Assembly (NCBI GenBank): GCA_001949185.1
Contig: BDGG01000018.1
Location: forward strand, 372,001 to 436,000
Length of the DNA: 64,000 bases
Source of the DNA: Ramazzottius varieornatus
Taxonomy: Eukaryota; Animalia; Tardigrada
Reading direction: 5' to 3'
Position 1 is the stretch's first letter; each line of letters begins with the position of its first letter. Position numbers and translations under genes: made by a program. Positions 1 to 12,604 of this stretch are shown here, in pieces. The notes below the pieces were generated by a model. It worked only from the letters and a program-made list of their open reading frames with translations, was not told the origin of the DNA and searched no databases.

Positions 1-153
1 AAAAGTATTTTAGCTGCTTCAGCCGCGGCCAAAATATTTTTAGCCACGGCTAAGAACGGCTAAAACGGCTTATTTTAGCTTCACAGAGCCTTCTATAAAC
101 AAAAAAACTGTTTTATCATGAAGAAAGAAATTTCATGTTTAAATGTAACAGCG

Positions 154-3100
154 TTACAGCTGAACGCCGTTGTGGGTGAACTCGGTGGTGGTACTTTCGT
201 AATGGCGGTTAGCTAAGGTAGCCTGGATGCGGGCATTCTGTTGTGCAATCATGTTGACAACGTAGTCTGTTGGCGGCTCCAGCTGCGGGATTACGGAGCG
301 GCGTTTCGAACTTCTGCCGGTGTCAATGCTGATCTGACTTCGTAATGTCCCCTCTTGATCTTTGGAAAGCTTGCTAGGCACAACCCAGTAGGACTCGTCG
401 TCAAAGACGTTGCTAATGTTTAGTCCATCCCAGATGGGAATTCTCAATAGCAACCCTGTCAAGCAACACCAGCCACTCATGAACCAGCGAGAATCTCTAC
501 ACCGTATATTATCTGAGTGAGACCGCACCTGTCAGAACGCCACCTATCAGGCCGATACCAATGGTAGTGATCAAAGAAGCCAGCTGGTTGGCCGCCTGAC
601 CAGTTGGAGTGCGCCCACTTCCGGGTAAAAGATCCGGATAAATTTGCTTAAGCGCGAAATAGTCTTGCGAAGTGTTGGACGGAGCAAAGTTTGGAAATAG
701 CAAGAAGTAACTGCAAACGAAATTTGTAAGTAAAATGCTGAAGCTGTAAATGAAAGGTTTATTTTCACGAATTTCCCAATTATTCGAGAGACGACTTTTT
801 CGTTTTTACACTTGAGTGGTCAACCGAGGGCATAAATACCTTCTTGCGGATAATTTAATGGGCTATCAAACGCAGGTAACAGGAGTTCCCTCCGGCAACC
901 GGTTACAAAGTTATGGGAGCAGCTAAGGTTGTAAATTCCAGGCCGAATACCCTTGGAATGGAAAATAGGAAAGGAATTTTAATGTTCCTATATTCCTATT
1001 TCCTTCTCCAGAAGGTCCTCGCTAAAATCTTGAATTACAAAGTCCCATTTGCCAGTTTAGTTCTTTTTACATATCCATCTAAAACAGTAAACATGGTCTG
1101 AAGTCATCAACAAATTTGGTTTCGAGACTGAAAGCCAGGTGGAGATTGGCCGATCTGAACTTTCGGTCTTGTCGGACCTGAAAGTCCAAGGGAAATCAAG
1201 GACTTACGCACAGTTGAATGCGCCGCATACTTTAGTGCGACGGATCGAAAATGCTGTTGTTCGTTCAACTGAACGACCAATTAGCCTCAGTGGTACGCAT
1301 GTGTGAGCCAGCATCGGGTTCACTTTTTCGACAAGATCTGCTGGATCTTCGACTGTTCACCTCGTGGAATTCCTAAATTTTCTCCGATTTTTGCTAGTTT
1401 TCCAGATAGGAATTCCACCGTTCCAAACGGCTACCGCTTGGAACGGAACGGAAACCTAGGAATGGAACGGGATTTGGAAAAGAATGGAATTAGGAATTTA
1501 CAACCTTAGGAGCAGCCAGATCTGGATTCAGTATTCCAGTGCTTCTAAATTGCTCGGATGACGTCATCGTACGCAAAAAACATGCCTGAGAGAGTAGATG
1601 ACAGTTGCTACCTGCGCCAAGTAAAAAGTCTGCGTAAGATCGTCGACGTCATGCTTGAGGTTTAGAAGCCGTACAGAGGAGAGGGGGGCCGGCGAGACAG
1701 CTCATTCTAAATCCCACGGTGGTGATAAAATCTAGTTTTCCAAAACTAATTATGACATTTTCGTGTGGCCTGGTACACTCGATAGCCCTGATCTTCTCTA
1801 CGAGTTGATGTTAGAAACGTCCAGTTCGGAATATATGACCAAAAAATATCGTTGTAAAAAACAGGAGCCGAATCATCCTGTGGAAAAGTAGTAGAGTATC
1901 ATCCTCTGCCTACCTTGAGCCATAAACTTCCGGTGTAGCACAAGCAGCAACTATGGCACTGATAAATGTCCCAAAAAGAGCTGGCATAGCATGGAGGTTG
2001 TGAACTCCGCATGTATCGTGGATTCCCCACCTGCGGTCCAGGAATGGCTACAGCAAGGAGAAACAGTCAAATAGTTTTCGCTACATCTTTCTCAGTTGAT
2101 ATTGTGGCTTACGGTAACATAGTGAAATCCGAGGGAGGAAATGACCCCGGCCATGAGTCCACACAAGATGGATCCCCAGGGGTACAAGTACAGAGTGCAG
2201 ACCGAGCCGACAATGACCCCACCGGACAAGGTGCCGTTCTGGACAATATCCATGGTGAACTTGCCGTTCTTGACAATCCAGCAGGTCACGAAGCCACCAA
2301 TAACACTGGAGGAGATGGCCAAGTAGGTGTTGAAGATGGCTCGGTACCTGCTGTCACCGACGGCGAGTGCTGCATTAAAGGATGGCCAAAACATGAACAA
2401 GAAGACAGTGCCGCACATGGAGAATAGATCGTTGTAATGGGTGCCGTATTTCAGGTCGTTGAACATGTCCGTCGACCATTCTCTGCGATGAATGGTTCGA
2501 GCTAAAGCTAAGCCAAAGTAAGCACCGAAGAGGTGGATAGTGATGGTCCCGCCGACGTCGACGGCACCGTACAGGTACAGAACGATGTATTCATTGACCA
2601 TGGCTAGGACCGTCTCCACCACCACCATGATGACGTACTGAACTGGGCTCAGTTTCCCAAGGACCACGCCCAACGAGATCAAGATGGTGCCAGCTGAGAA
2701 CTCCGCCGCAATTATCCTGCAAGAAAACAGTAGCGCACATCACACGAGGAATTAGTTTGGAGTAGGAGTAGGGCTATACTTGTTCATGTCGAGGCGGATT
2801 CTGTAATGGTTCTCCGGCATCTCGAAGAAGCCGCGCATCAAGATGGACCATTGGGTGACTAAGGAGGCCAGGATAAAGTTGAAACCCACTCCTCCGTAAC
2901 CATATCTGTCAGGCCAAAAGGGAAGCCGCTCGAGTTGAAGTTAGAGTTCCTTCTCTCTTACTCTTGGAAAAGTTAGTGTGGGTAAGCTGCATGATCTTTT
3001 GAATTACCTGCGCATGAATGTCATGAGAAAGCCAAAGCCGATGAAAATCATGACGTGGACGTCTTGGAACACTGCAATGAATAGACGATCATCTTACAGT

Positions 3101-3370
3101 ACATCTGAGCGGAAGCGCAGTGCCGCGGTAGGGGGACTGACTTGAATAGCTGTCCGGTATGCTGACTCGGGACTGGGACAGCTCCTGGGCCGAAGTTCCA
3201 GGACCTCGGTAATTGGGGTTGCCGTGACTATCATGCAGAAACTGTCCGCGCAGCGAGACAGGTGTTCCATCCCAGCCATAATCGACAAAGATGCCAAAGA
3301 GAATCAAGATGGCCACCTCGGACAAGCCCAGCACTACGGCAAAGCTCATCAAATTCCACTTTCGATCCAT
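154..3370 (-). CDS. Rh: Rh-family (Rh50) ammonium transporter, paralogue 1; 7 exons (approx. 3370-3142, 3071-3009, 2905-2780, 2716-2113, 2047-1914, 710-529, 455-154)
   Basis: Spliced translation across GT-AG introns gives Rh signatures [62 protein letters not shown] at 3370, TAA at 154. Confidence 0.93.
924..1508. mobile_element. Non-autonomous hAT-type element (MITE, 585 bp) inside an Rh paralogue 1 intron
   Basis: Perfect 16-bp TIR TAAGGTTGTAAATTCC (924-939 / 1493-1508), exact 8-bp TSD GGAGCAGC (916-923, 1509-1516), GGAA(T/C) subterminal repeats. Confidence 0.88.
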
Positions 3371-4107
3371 TTCTCCCCACCTGTATCATATCCTAACTTA
3401 GTCTTTCTGATCTGTCTTGGTACAAAGTACAGAAGGAATCGGTTGCTTGAAACCAAGGTTCAAAGAACGAGAGCAGTCCTAGAATTTCCTATACGATCGA
3501 CTAGTTGAATAATACCCTAAAGAAAACAAACATGGCCAGATCCAGGTAAAGCATATCTTACAGACAGCCTTTTCATGGTAACTGAAAAGCTATGGAGAAG
3601 GAGGCTGTGTTACAATAGATCATGCTGGGCTGTCTTGTTATCTCAAGTGTTATGTTGAGGATAACCGGTCAATGTTTGGATGGCTTCGCTCAGCGGTTAA
3701 CCAAGGTTTCCCATGCTTCGCTGGGGCTTGGCCATAACGTACTGTCGTGACGCACTGCACAATACCAAAGAGCTACACGGGCCAGTAATGCTCGCAGAGC
3801 GAGCCTTTGTCATGTAGCCAAGCAGTGGAAAGAAGACAGAAGTTAAAGATGAGCATGCTCAATTGAGCAAAAAACTATCTGACACTTTCATTTAAAGGCC
3901 GAGGACTAACAGCCATACTGACATCTGGCATAAATTCATGAGTCTGGTCAAACGCTACGCTGTCGGCCTGATGAAGAGACAAAACCCCTGATCGACGTGG
4001 CTTCGACGTGAGAGAAAGAAGCATGTGGCTCTTCACCAAGCTTGTACAATGGCCACTACGAGAAAAGTTTTCGGCGGGTAATTTCGAAAATATAGCAGTG
4101 CGCTATC

Positions 4108-6774
4108 TTAGTCGTCATGGTCTTCATCGTCCAGATTATCACTGCGTTCCGAGGCTTTTCTGGAGTAGCGCGGATTAGCATAAGGCCCATCGTGGCCGCC
4201 ATTCATCGAAGCGTTTTCATCCCTGACTGAACCGTTAGTTTCCCGCACGGTCCTGATATTCATGGGTATCTGCATGCCGAATGGCGTCCTAGCTCCGGCT
4301 TCTAAACCTGTTGACAAGATGTCGATGGAGCCCAGACGGGTTCGCAGTTTGCGTTCTTGTTCCTTGTTCATCTTTTGGGGCAGCTCCCAATGACGGGCAT
4401 CGTCGAAGACCTCGTGAGATTCTTGGCGGTCCCAGATCGGTAGACGCAATATCAGACCTAAAACCATGTGGGGTAACTTGCGCTGTCATGTTACCGTCTA
4501 TGCACATGCATACCGGTCAGAATCCCCCCGACGAGGGCGATACCCAAGGTCACACCCATTGCCGCCATCTGGTAGCCGGCTTGGATGGCCGGCGTCCAGC
4601 CTAACCCCGGCTCAAGGTCCGGCAGGATACGCTTCAGTTCAGCATACTCCACTGTATCTGCCGGAGGGGCGTGCTTGGGGAAGTGCGTGTAGTACCTGTA
4701 AAGAATCAGCAACAGTTGGACAAAGCCGTCCATTCTTCTTCACGCAGGAAGATGGTTACTATTTGAAATTCACCACGCTGAACACATGGCTATAGTCTTA
4801 CTCCGATCCGTACACCTGCTTGGAGGCACAACCCACGACGATAGCACTGATGAGGCTTCCGGCAAAGCTGGGCATGGCATGCAAGTTGTGAACTCCACAA
4901 GTATCGTGAATTCCCACCTTTCTTTCTAAAATAGGCTGTAAACACAACATGGTTGCAAGCTACTACTCCGTGGCATGTGAAACATTGCTAGACCGCTATA
5001 TAAAAAATATCGTCGCGTTATGAGGCGCTGGTACTTACGGATACGAAGCGGAAGCCTAAGGCGGAGATTATTCCCGCGCAAAATCCGCAGATTATCGCTC
5101 CCCAAGGATACAAGTAAAGATCGCAGATTGACCCCACGATGACACCACCAGCCAAGGTTGCGTTTTGGACAATTTCCTGCAAGTGGTTAACATGTCCAAT
5201 GTGTCAAAAGACTAATAACTATGATACATAATATTCGTTACGGTACGAACACTGGACGCGTTCCTGTAAATGAGATCCCGGCAAAGAAACCCAACCAGAG
5301 TACTATCCACAGCCACGCACGCTCCCAGCAAATAACGTTGAAAATGTGCGACTTCGGAAAAGAATCAAACTGGACAAGATCATCATCCAAAGCGACGCAC
5401 GTTCATGGCGATATAGGCTGAAAGCCTGCGCCACTTTGGAAAAGCAGCCTGCTTTAGTCTGTTTGCCGAGCTCTCGCAGGCCGTACCAGGCTGAATTTTT
5501 CACTCCTGTTGGCCAAACTGGAGATCATGAAAGCGCCCAAGCAGCTGGCCGACATGGCAAAGTAGGTATTGTAAATGGCCCGGTACTTTCCGTCTTCCAG
5601 AGCTAAAGCTGCGTTAAAGGATGGCCAGAACATCCACAGGAAGACGGCTCCCACGAGGGAGAAGAGGTCGTTGTAGTGGGTGCCATACTTGAGGCGGTTG
5701 AACTCTTCGTCGGTCCAGGCCCGATCGTGGATGGTTTTGGCCAGAGCCAGACCGAAGTATGCGCCAAAAAGATGAATAGCGATGCTTCCTCCGACATCTT
5801 TAATGTGGAACAAGTCAATGATGATCCATTCGTTCAGTGTAACCAGCACCGTTTCAATCAGGACCATCATGATGTACTGCACGGTACTCAGTTTGCCCAA
5901 CACAACTCCTAAGGTAATCAGGATCGTTGCTGCGGTAAAGTCGGCTGAAATTAACCTACGAAACGCCAAGAGCTTGAAAGTCTGATCGGACACGTGGTCC
6001 CTTTATGAAAGTTTCCAGCACAAAAAGCATCAATTGAACGATCAAACCATCCCGGCAGAGCAGAATATGCGGATATGGATGAATCAACCAATCATCTGAT
6101 TATTGAAATAGTGCGCTAGGATTGAGCAGTCAGGCGTGGAAACTTACGATACTAGGTCCAGTCGTATCCGATAGTGGTTTTCGGACAGCCGGAAGAACCC
6201 GCGCATGATAGAAGCCCATTGCAGGACGTAAGCGGCAAGTAGAAAGTTGAAACCAATGGCTCCGTAACCGTACCTCAGAGAAGAAACGTCATTTGCCTTC
6301 GCTATCATCTCATCAAAAAAGGCTCTCGAACCACGACCGATATCACCTACTTGCGCAAGAAGGTCATCAAAAATCCAAAACCCACAAAGACCATGACATG
6401 AATATCCTGGAACACTACAGAGAGAAAAAAGCTTATACTTTTTGAAACATTTAGGATAGGATTTTCACACTAGGGTTCTTCTTACTGGAATAGTAGCGTT
6501 CTTCGGGTACTCGATCTTTGGTCAGTTCAGGGGCCACTTGGAAACTGGCTCGCAATGAACGAGTAAGGTTGGATGGAGGTGCTGCTTCGGCACCCGCCGT
6601 TGCTCGGTCAGGCAATGGCTCTTCCAGGAACTGGGTACGCAATGAAGGAGCGGTAGCATCCCACCCATAGTCCACCAAGCAGCCAAAGATGATGATGAAT
6701 CCCAGTTCACTCAGGAAAATAAGCAAGCCGAACTTGCCAAACATGCCCTTCTTGGGCTGCTCTTCCTCATCCAT
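4108..6774 (-). CDS. Rh: Rh-family ammonium transporter, paralogue 2; 8 exons (approx. 6774-6486, 6414-6350, 6273-6148, 5955-5487, 5176-5039, 4936-4803, 4702-4514, 4457-4108)
   Basis: [65 protein letters not shown] (MDEEEQ) at 6774, TAA at 4108. Confidence 0.92.
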
Positions 6775-6977
6775 CTTCCAAGTGCACCACAAACCAAAGC
6801 GTCGGCGACCTTTGACTGGCCACTCTGATAACAAATCAAACGAGCTCGACAGTTGTGCAAGCTAGAAACTTCAAATGGGTTCCGTTGTCGATTTGTCGAT
6901 CGGTGAACATATCACGCCTTTCAGTGCTACGAAACAAATTATGCTTTTTGCGCCAGAACATGGTTAAAAATACAGTA

Positions 6978-7132
6978 CGAGGGAGAAAGCGTAAAGTTAG
7001 CCGGTTGGAGCGCCGCATTTGTAAATTTCAGCCACCGAATATGAGGAGTAGGCCATCACACGGCCTAAGCTTTACAGGCTGCGGCTAACTATACGACCTC
7101 GTCCTACGCCGCCTAACTTTACAACTTTGCCC
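6978..7132. mobile_element. Degraded mariner-type MITE remnant just upstream of Rh paralogue 2
   Basis: TA|CGAGGGAGAAAGCGTAAAGTTAGCCG at the left and (G/C)CTAACTTTACAAC-type motifs at the right resemble the TIRs of the MITE at 51538-54190. Confidence 0.45.
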
Positions 7133-8562
7133 TAACTTAGTAATGTTAATTTTGGACATGTTACTGCTCGGTATTCAAGTTCCGCTAAAACTTCTGACAT
7201 TGCCACGTGAGAGATCGAACACTTGAAGAGTGATCACTTTCTTGCACTTTTCTGTCCATGGAAAGGTCGAAGGATCGTACTTCGCAACTCATGAAACATA
7301 ATACACCGATTAACACCTAATGTGACAACCCGTCGAAATGTTATAAATTCAAAGTAAACGGTCAGACTAAATGCTCAAATATTTTTCATGATTATCTAAT
7401 CGCTAGAATAGCGTCGATCATGACGGCCTTTCTGCATAAGGGTTTCTGGAAAATCTTGCTTTTCAGTGTTCAAACTTTCATGAGCCGTCCACTCAACAAA
7501 GCTGATTGATGGTCAGATCACGCCAACTGACGGTGTTGGAAAAGCAATTAAATAATAAGTTTGTGACACCAAATGGCAAAAACATTTCAATCGATAGTCT
7601 CATGTGGTACCGATTAACAAAAGAACTTGGCTAACCTAAGTAATAAACGGTCGATGATTCGCCAAACATGATGCCGAAGGGTGTCATATACCACTTGCAC
7701 GCCGGCATCGAGATCTGCTGCATCGACGTTGTGTATTATCGTCTGCGATGCAAGCTTACGACGTTAGCTTTCTCAGCTGACTTTTAAGCATTGAAGGTAA
7801 AGCGGAAGGAAACCATTTTTATCCATTAGATTGACATTCACCGGTGATCAATGGCATGTTGTGACAAATGTTATTCTGCTATTAGATATGTTATCGACAC
7901 CTCTTGGACAGAAAACAATACGAAAGTGACAGTGGCAAAAACATTTCTCGAAAGCTTCCGTCATCGAGCTCAAGGTGACCGACGTAAGTTGGCTGAGATG
8001 GTAGACCTAGCTGTTTCTTCACGCATTCTTGCAAAGTCACAGATGGCTGATTGGTTGGAACAATGCACGTACCGCTTATTAATTTGACAAGCTGAGGACC
8101 TCTCCGTTTCACGCATGATGGAATTCGGGATGCCGGGAGTCAGACTGTGAATTCTTGAGGTTCTCCTGATCCATCAGTAAAACAAGAACCAACCTAGTTT
8201 AGCTGGTAATCAGCTTAATTACTTCTCAACAAAACCCGGAGGTTGAATTGCGGCAGCAACACAACAGAGAACGGGCAGATGCAGTGGGGTCCTTTGATTC
8301 CTTTCCAAAGGGTTTCCCCCAGTTGCGAAGTTGGAGCTTGGTTGATACAGGGTAGAATTTCTGGTTACCGGCAGAGAACAATTTAGAGTGACCATAATAA
8401 TAGTATAGGTTAGCCTATCATTTTCTAGGTGGAAAACATGGACATAGCATAGAAAAGCTGAATTCTGTTGGTTAATGGCCGTAGTCAAACGCTTAGACAG
8501 GTGGCGCCTCGTCAAAAATTCAAATGCACTGTAACAGACGTCTTGGATCGGGGCATTCTTTG

Positions 8563-11401
8563 TTAGTGAGTTAATAGGCGATCATTTTTCGGCAAAGCAG
8601 CCGAGAACTCGTATTGATCACGAGCCGAGCCTTCCAGCTGGTTTCGGATATGCTTTTCCTGGTCGTGCGTCACTTGGTCGGGTAGAGCAAAGTAGGCCGC
8701 GTCGTCGAAGAGTAGAGGGCCGGGCAGAGGATCCAAGAACTTCAATCTCAGGATAAAGCCTGTAACAAGATCAGTATGCTTCACAACATCCCTCAAAAGT
8801 AGTGTTTGTTCAGCTTGTGAGCTTACCGGTGATGGCGCCACTGATGAGCGCAGTTGCCAAAGTCATACCCAAAGCTGACAACTGGTACAGTGCTTGGTAC
8901 ATGGGGGAACGTCCACCGTTATCTGGGTCCATGCTAGGGAAGACCTTGTAAAGGCTGCAAACACCCAGAATGGTCGAGAATAAAGCTGCATTGTGGAATC
9001 TGGCGACACTGGAAGTTTACCTTGAGCCATAGAGACTTTCACTGGCGAAAGCGCAGACGATGGCGCTGATTACGGCGGCCAGGACACCGGGCATGCCGTG
9101 CAGATTGTTAACGCCGCACGTGTCGTGGACCTTCAGTCGTCGTTCCAAAACATTCTAAAACATTGAAAAAAAATCAATCAAATGAGCATGTTGTCCAAAT
9201 CCGCCAGCAGTAATGAACGTACGTTGATGAAACAAAATCCGGCGCAAGAGAGAACGCCCGCGCCGAAACCGATGATCAGTGCGCCATAGGGATGAACCAT
9301 CATGTCAGCGGTCGAGCCGATGGCCACGCCTCCAGCCAAGGTGGCATTTTGGATGAGTTCCTGTTGGGTAATCAAGCGATCAGATAAGTGCTGAAAAGAG
9401 ATTTCAGCTGGAGGTTTACCATGCTGATTTTTCCGTGGTGGAAGAATATGGAGCAGATGAAGGTGGCGACGCAGCAGGAGGCCAAGCAAAAATAGGTATT
9501 AATGACGGCTCGTTGCTGTAATTCTTCTGCAGCCATAGCACTATTGAAGGACGGCCAGAACATCCAGAGGAAGATGGTGCCGATCATGGAGAAGAGGTCG
9601 GTGGTCTTGGTGTTGAACTTGAGGGTGTTGAAGTCGCCCATGCTGTACTCCCAGCGGTACAGCACGCGCGACATGGCCAAGCCGAAGTAGGCGCCAAAGA
9701 CGTGGACAAAGATGGAGCCACCGACGTCGAGGGTCTTCAGGTAGTTGATACCCACCCACTCGTTGACGCTAAAGACGGCTACTTCGATAAAGGCCATGAT
9801 CACATACTGCAAACACAAAGGACAGCGGAAATGTCGCCGTGACGTAAGTAGGTGATGACCAAAGACAGTACCTGAAGTGGACTAAGTTTCCCCAGTACCG
9901 CGCCAAATGAAATCAAGATGCAGGCTGCGGTAAAGTCCGACGTCAAGAGCCTGGTTAACAGAAACAGCAAAGTCAGGATGTTTTCATTATTTGCAACTGT
10001 TTGCTTTTGCGGTCTGGAGAACAATGGGTGTACGGGTGGTTGTGGCCAGGCTTACGTGGTCATGTTGATTTCGAACTGCCAGTCGTGCAGGTGGAGCAAG
10101 CCTCTCATCAAGGTTCCCCATTGGATAACGAAGGCCGCTAATAGGAAGTTGATCGACAAACTGGAGTATCCGTACCTGAACGAAAGAAAAAAGAATGGAA
10201 TAAAAAAATCTGAATTTCTTTTCACAAAGCACTACTGTGTGCTTTCTTCCTGTCTTGCTTTCTGGCTATTCTTTACTGCTTTCTGTTCAGCGAACTTTTC
10301 CAGAGCGACTGGCTCCGAGTTTGCATTTCGGGCTCTTGCGCAGGCTACGAGATAACGGTTATCGTAAACACGCATCATCAGCACACAATCTCCGTTTTTT
10401 AAACGATCTGTATGTATCGGTCCTGACAGTTGTTCTGGTCATGGCTTGTCGGCTAATGGTTTTTTGCGCGTCGTTATGCTAATTGACTTGTCTTTCATGA
10501 TAAGGGACGATACTGTAGCTAACCTGTGCATGTTTAGATGCCATCAAAGCGTCACTTAATCAGACGCCCAACATCGGCATGCATAGGGAGCTTAACTACG
10601 CTATCTGCTGAAGATGAGCAAGATAGCGGGTTCGACTTGTCCGCCCAGGCACCCGCACCGCAGTGTCTAGGCGTCCTTGATTCGTCAATTTACCGTTTTA
10701 CGAGTCTGTTATTGCCACTTTAATGAGCCCACAGTGTGCCATTCCGGCCTGCAATCGTCTGTGGACTACATGAGGACGGAACCTGGAAGTGTGTTGTAAA
10801 TGACTCTTGCTGATTTACGCTCATCGGCAGGAAGTAGATGGAGTAGACAAAGCCAGGCGACATCCGATATTGACTTACTTCCGCAGGAACGTCATCAGAT
10901 ATCCAAAGCCAATAAACATCATAACGTGCACATCTTGGAACACTGCAAAAAAGAAAGTCAAATAAACTTACTGTGGGACCAAACCTTTCACATTCCTTGC
11001 CGTTGAAAACATCACACAATTTTTCTTACAGTTCTGCTGATACTGATTAATGACTGTAATGATGACCGATATACCGGAATTACAAAAGTACCCTAACGAA
11101 ACTGAAGCGGCATTTGTCTGAGCAAATTTTTGAAAAGCCAGGAGAAGACAAGACAAATTTTGCGACACGTACTCGGGTAGTAATCGCGGACAGCATGATC
11201 CGGTTCATAGGGGGCTTTGCTGGTGCTTGCAGCCAGCCGCACTCCTGAGCTGGTGATGGTTGTCGTTTCAGCCTGTTTGGGCGGTGCGGCATCTAAATGG
11301 TATTTGCCAAAGATGCCGAAAAGGACGATGAAGAGGATCTGGAAGACGAGCAGGACGACGGCGAACTTCTTGCTGCCGGCGCCTTCCCCGTGCAGCGCCA
11401 T
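8563..11401 (-). CDS. Rh: Rh-family ammonium transporter, paralogue 3; 9 exons (approx. 11401-11174, 10942-10880, 10175-10054, 9951-9873, 9807-9420, 9361-9223, 9154-9022, 8955-8828, 8760-8563)
   Basis: [77 protein letters not shown]. Confidence 0.94.
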
Positions 11402-11766
11402 GCTTCTTTCCGGATGAAGCAATTACAACACCTAGAGCTACTGTTGCGCCGCGAATGCTCGCTGTAATGGAGACAGGTCGAAGCGTGAAGAAGTCCAGCT
11501 GACACCGACACAAAAGACGCCGAAGTGAGCGATGATAACCTCCGGCTCTGTGCGACTAATGGCGCAATCTATCCTTCACTGTGTCAAGCCCGTGTTCTGT
11601 AGCACCGGTAGACTACAGCTGCAGTGTTGCGCCAGCAATTTGTTCAGTTTGGGGAAAGCTGCTGCTGTCGCTAAGACCGTTACCGGCACAGCTGTTCCAC
11701 ACAGTACTCGAGTACTCACACTGACAAGCAGTGACGCTAACGCCGGAACCCTGACCAAGGCGCTAA

Positions 11767-12604
11767 CGAGGGGATTCTGCCATCGCTCCAGTCTTCTTTC
11801 ACAAACTAAAACGGCAGAAAGGTAGAGGAGAGTTTTCTCTATTGACTGGGACAGACTAGGCTGGCAGAAAAAGATCCTGGAAGACACAGCAGGAAGCGGA
11901 AGTGACGTCAGAATCTGGGCGGAACATGGGCATCAGCAAAGTTCACTGCAGCATCAGTCAAGTGATTTGATTGTCTGCTGGTTGATTCGCTATTTGATTG
12001 ATCTGAAACACTATGATATGGGTAAAAGAGCAGCTGATCACTAAAATTTTGACTGTTATGTCAAACTCCGCCCCCTTTTCTCGTCTGCTCTTTTCCAGTC
12101 ATCGCAGACATGGATTCTGGTGTGGACCTTATCGATAAGCCTACCGCACCTTTGATAAGTGCCGTTAGCAGCTTGTCCATGTCACTTGAAAAGTCGCTCG
12201 GTTGAAAAGCCTGTTTATAGTCCATACCCCAAAGATGTTCAAGGGTTTAACAGCGTCCATGTCTGTGATGACTGGAAAAGAGCAGACGAGAAAAGGGGGC
12301 GGAGTTTGACATAACAGTCAAAATTTTAGTGATCAGCTGCTCTTTTACCCATATCATAGTGTTTCAGATCAATCAAATAGCGAATCAACCAGCAGACAAT
12401 CAAATCACTTGACTGATGCTGCAGTGAACTTTGCTGATGCCCATGTTCCGCCCAGATTCTGACATCACTTCCGCTTCCTGCTGTGTCTTCCAGGATCTTT
12501 TTCTGCCAGCCTAGTCTGTCCCAGTCAATAGAGAAAACTCTCCTCTACCTTTCTGCCGTTTTAATTTGTGAAACAAGACTGGAGCGATGGGCAAAATCTC
12601 CTCG
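11767..12604. mobile_element. Fold-back (Tc4-like) non-autonomous DNA transposon with ~350-bp inverted arms and ~140-bp spacer
   Basis: 11767-12114 is the reverse complement of 12256-12604 with only a handful of mismatches. The left terminus CTAA|CGAGGGGATT matches the Tc5-type element at 51837. Right flank is TAC rather than TAA. Confidence 0.9.
11897..12139. promoter_or_regulatory. Candidate promoter-motif cluster within the fold-back: ETS+CRE overlap, E-box, GC box, DRE-like palindrome
   Basis: CGGAAGTGACGTCA (11897-11910), CAGCTG (12031), CTCCGCCCCC (12066), CTTATCGATAAG (12128-12139); about 500-740 bp upstream of the Rh paralogue 3 ATG. Function untested. Confidence 0.3.

Noticed and set aside
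1-92. CGGCT/AGCCG-rich stretch, possible end of a hAT MITE
   Set aside because: The other end would lie outside the window, so TIR and TSD cannot be tested.
1540-1670. Imperfect inverted repeat (GCTTCTAAA...TGACGTC) in the Rh intron
   Set aside because: Too degenerate and no TSD; at most an old MITE remnant.
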